Assembly (NCBI GenBank): GCA_031258225.1 | Contig: JAIRND010000066.1 | Span: forward strand, 1-57,357 | Source of the DNA: Treponema sp. | GTDB lineage: Bacteria; Spirochaetota; Spirochaetia; Treponematales; Breznakiellaceae | DNA length: 57,357 nt | Direction of reading: 5' to 3' | Shown: positions 54,724-57,357 of the stretch, in pieces | Layout: each line of letters starts with the position of its first letter | How positions within the stretch are numbered: position 1 is the first letter of the stretch | Made by a program: the position numbers and the translations under genes | The notes under the pieces: generated by a model | What the model was told of the DNA's origin: nothing | Seen by the model: only the letters and a program-made list of their open reading frames with translations | The model's database searches: none

Positions 54724-55701
54724 ATGACAAAGTACCTTGTCCACAGGGTTCTTGTATGCGTACCCGTACTGTTCCTTGTGTCGCTGTTGGTTTTCGGGAT
54801 TGGATGCCTGGTCCCCGGCGATCTGCCCGCGCTGATCCTGGGACCGGAAGCCGCCGCCGAGGATATTCTTGCCCTGCGGGAACGGATGGGGCTGGACCTG
54901 GGTATCCCCCAACGCTACATCAGTTGGATGGCGGGGCTGTTCCGTCTTGACCTGGGAAATTCCGCCGCCAACGGCCAGCCGGTGCGTGAACTTCTGGCCG
55001 GCCGCCTTGGTCCCACGTTTTCCCTGGCCCTGTTCTCCCTGCCGCTCAGCCTCCTTATCGCCGTTCCCCTGGGGCTTATCGCGGCTTTCAGGCGGGGGCG
55101 TTTCGCGGACCTGGTCTGTTCCCTTATCGCCCTGGCCGGGGTATCCGTCCCCGGTTTTCTTGTGGGGCTTTTCCTGATTCTGGTCTTTGCCGTTAAGCTG
55201 CGCTGGTTTCCCGCGGCCCTGTACGTCCCCCCCCAGGAGGGCCTGGCGGCGCACCTTCATTCCATTGCCCTGCCGGGGATCGCGCTGGCCCTTATGTACG
55301 CGGCCCTGCTTGCCCGGATAATCCGCTCAAGCGTTGCCGGCGTCCTTGACGACGACTATATCCGCGCCGCCCGGTCCAAGGGGGCCGGTGAACGGATCCT
55401 GGCCTTGCGCCACGCCCTTCCCAATGTTCTGCCCCCGGTACTCAGCGTCCTTGGGCAGGGTTTTATCGGCGCCCTTACGGGAGCCGCGGCCCTTGAAACC
55501 CTGTTCGGTATCCCCGGTATCGGGGCCCTGGCGGCTTCTTCCATCGGCCGGCGGGACCTCCCGGTGATCCAGGCCGTCGTGTTACTGTTTGTCCTGGTAA
55601 ACCAGGGTCTGAACCTGCTCATCGATCTTCTCTGCGCCCTCTCCGATCCCCGGATCAGGCTGCTCCCCGATACGGGCGGCGGCGGGAGGAACCTTCGATG
55701 A
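54724..55701 (+). CDS. ABC transporter permease (DppB/OppB-like)
   Basis: MTKYLVHRVLVCVPVLFLVSLLVF and an EAA-like DDDYIRAARSKGAGE. ATG 54724 lies within ORF 54619-55701. Confidence 0.85.
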   Translation: MTKYLVHRVLVCVPVLFLVSLLVFGIGCLVPGDLPALILGPEAAAEDILALRERMGLDLGIPQRYISWMAGLFRLDLGNSAANGQPVRELLAGRLGPTFSLALFSLPLSLLIAVPLGLIAAFRRGRFADLVCSLIALAGVSVPGFLVGLFLILVFAVKLRWFPAALYVPPQEGLAAHLHSIALPGIALALMYAALLARIIRSSVAGVLDDDYIRAARSKGAGERILALRHALPNVLPPVLSVLGQGFIGALTGAAALETLFGIPGIGALAASSIGRRDLPVIQAVVLLFVLVNQGLNLLIDLLCALSDPRIRLLPDTGGGGRNLR

Positions 55702-56507
55702 GCGGTACCAGGAAGTCCCGGGCGGGCCTGGGCCTTGCCGGCTTCATCATCGTTGCCCTGTCGCTGGGCCTTTCCTTTATCGGCGCGCCGCTTCTTGAGG
55801 ATGCCGCCTACCGGATCGATATGGCCCAGCGGCTCCGCCCCCCCTCGGCGGAACACTGGTTTGGTACGGACAGTCTGGGACGGGATCTTTTGGCGCGGGT
55901 ACTGGCGGGGGGCCGCGTATCCCTGGGCCTTGGCTTTTCCGCCGGTGTCCTCTCCACCATCCTTGCCCTGCTTATCGGTCTTTACGGCAGTGTCAACAGG
56001 ATTCTGGACGCCCTGCTCTTTGGCCTTTGCGACGCCCTTAGGGCCGTCCCCACCCTGCTCCTGGCCATTGCCCTGGTAACGGCACTTGGGGGGGGCGCTT
56101 CCCGGCTGCTCATCGTCCTTAGCCTCTGTTCCACCCCCGCGATGGCGCGGCTGGTCCGTTCCACCGTCCTGGTTGTCCGGGAACAGCCCTATATCCAGGT
56201 GGCGCGGATCCAGGGGGCCGGGCCGGGCCGGCTCCTCTTTTGCCACATCCTGCCGAACATCCTTTCCCCCCTCTCCGTTCAGTTCAGCTTCACCTGTGCC
56301 CAGACCATGCTCATAGAGGCGGCCCTGAGTTTCCTGGGGGCCGGAATAACGGCGCCCCTGCCAAGCTGGGGGAACATCCTCCAGGAGGGACAGACCCTTA
56401 TGTTCGCCGCTCCCTGGATGATCCTGTTCCCCGGCCTTTTCATGGCCCTGACGATCCTTGGGATCAACTTCCTGGCCGGCGAGATACGGCCGATCTATGG
56501 GCGGTGA
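55698..56507 (+). CDS. ABC transporter permease (DppC/OppC-like)
   Basis: HWFGTDSLGRDLLARV, PYIQVARIQGAG. ATGA overlap with the previous permease gene. Confidence 0.85.
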   Translation: MSGTRKSRAGLGLAGFIIVALSLGLSFIGAPLLEDAAYRIDMAQRLRPPSAEHWFGTDSLGRDLLARVLAGGRVSLGLGFSAGVLSTILALLIGLYGSVNRILDALLFGLCDALRAVPTLLLAIALVTALGGGASRLLIVLSLCSTPAMARLVRSTVLVVREQPYIQVARIQGAGPGRLLFCHILPNILSPLSVQFSFTCAQTMLIEAALSFLGAGITAPLPSWGNILQEGQTLMFAAPWMILFPGLFMALTILGINFLAGEIRPIYGR

Positions 56508-56509
56508 AT

Positions 56510-57136
56510 TCAGTTTTCCGCCCTGGCTTTGACGCAGACACGGCTTTTGCCTTCGGTTATGATCTCGGGCTCGGCAAAGCCCGCGCTGGTTAAATACCGT
56601 TGGAAATCGGATGGGGTGTAGATGTTAAGGTTCAGCTTTGTTATCCAGAACTGGTAGGGCGCTTCTCCGTCATCAGATATGCTCATCTCATTGCAGATGA
56701 AAAAAATACCCCCCGGCTTCAGCACCCGCCGTACCTCTTTAAGGTCCCCGGCAAAGTCCGGCCAGAAGTAGATCGTTTCAAAGGCGGTAACGATGTCGAA
56801 ACTGTTGTCGGGCCAGGGGTTCTCCGAAACACTGCCCAGCCGTATCTCCGCGCGGCCCGCGTTGACCGCCTTCCGGTTCAGCCTTTTGGTTTTTTCCACA
56901 CAGACTTCCGAATAATCAAGGCCGCAGACTCTGCCTTCCGTTGCCAGGCGCAGCATCCGCGCCACGTTCCCGCCGCCCCCGCAGCCGATGTCCAGAATCC
57001 GGTCTCCGCTCTTGATGTCAAGATGCTCAAGGCCCCAGCGCGAGATCGGCGCGTGTCCCATGTTCATCGTGGAAATCAACAACCGGCCGCCGAGCCCCTG
57101 GGGTTTGCGGAAATTACGCCACACCTTTTCAAACAT
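56510..57136 (-). CDS. class I SAM-dependent methyltransferase
   Basis: Motif I ILDIGCGGGGN, and LKPGGIFFI. Confidence 0.8.
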   Translation of the reverse strand: MFEKVWRNFRKPQGLGGRLLISTMNMGHAPISRWGLEHLDIKSGDRILDIGCGGGGNVARMLRLATEGRVCGLDYSEVCVEKTKRLNRKAVNAGRAEIRLGSVSENPWPDNSFDIVTAFETIYFWPDFAGDLKEVRRVLKPGGIFFICNEMSISDDGEAPYQFWITKLNLNIYTPSDFQRYLTSAGFAEPEIITEGKSRVCVKARAEN

Positions 57137-57184
57137 GGGTTCCCTCTTGTTAGTTTGTACTTACAAAAGAGCATAGCCGGGTCC

Positions 57185-57357
57185 CCCGTGTTTCGTCAAG
57201 GCGCGCGAAGCGCGATTCTCGGGCTAAAGCCCCACAGACTCCTAGCAGCCTGTTGTACTTGTAGGTTTTTGCTCCACGTTGTGTCGCAAAAACCACGATA
57301 AATGGGCTGCTTTCGGAGTTTGCAAGGTAAAATCGCCTCATAGGTGGTACCTATTCG
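57185..57357 (+). repeat. mosaic hairpin-rich intergenic repeat: 3' part of one unit abutting a second unit that runs off the window
   Basis: CGCGC-GAA-GCGCG at 57202-57214. GGGC-TAAA-GCCC at 57221-57232. Right arm CCCACAGACTCCTAG (57231-57245) is contiguous with left arm CTAGCAGCCTGTTGT (57242-57256). Hairpin GGTTTTTGC (57264-57272)/GCAAAAACC (57286-57294). Core at 57304-57329. Confidence 0.85.

Noticed and set aside
1-57357. Terminal 44-nt overlap as evidence that the window is a circular replicon.
   Set aside because: The overlap is short, has one mismatch, and belongs to a repeat family also present internally at 13504-13670. The content is core chromosomal (ftsZ, rho, topA, flagellar genes) with no replication or partition genes.

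Overview
High-GC spirochete-type chromosomal segment; the gene order looks Treponema-like from memory. I can support about 62 protein-coding genes and found no rRNA, tRNA or CRISPR array.

Gene content, left to right:
- A low-GC accessory patch with a BspA-type LRR surface protein and a lipoprotein.
- A J-domain protein, galactose mutarotase and a 5'-truncated Rpn/PD-(D/E)XK transposase-like gene.
- A 7-gene V-type ATPase operon (E, DUF2764, A, B, D, I, K), then ispG.
- A small beta-barrel-like OMP, a TPR-like secreted protein, an unlisted 56-aa zinc-ribbon ORF, rpsT, HU, lnt.
- A receiver-only response regulator, bactofilin, CinA/PncC, rho, rpmE and an rRNA methyltransferase.
- Two paralogous FlaA-family flagellar sheath proteins behind a consensus sigma70 promoter.
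- An uncharacterised 81-aa + 248-aa nuclease-like/wHTH cassette.
- 24 co-directional genes: a reduced dcw cluster (mraZ-rsmH-ftsL-murF-mraY-ftsW-ftsQ-ftsA-ftsZ), xerD, a TPR protein, dprA, topA, xerC, hslVU, then flgB-flgC-fliE-fliF-fliG-fliH-fliI-fliJ.
- A low-GC Phd/ParE toxin-antitoxin islet, a two-subunit class I fumarate hydratase, an ABC importer with no ATPase gene, and a methyltransferase.

Most unusual signals:
1. A mosaic, hairpin-rich intergenic repeat family at three loci (1-110, 13504-13670, 57185-57357). It shows compensatory stem changes, and both window edges fall inside near-identical copies.
2. A 5 x 15-bp tandem repeat at the topA start, where every unit begins with an in-frame ATG.
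3. The overlapping 81-aa/248-aa nuclease-like cassette wedged between flagellar sheath genes and the dcw promoter.
4. The small CxC...CxxC ORF upstream of rpsT.

All calls rest on reading the translations and sequence by eye; no database search was possible.
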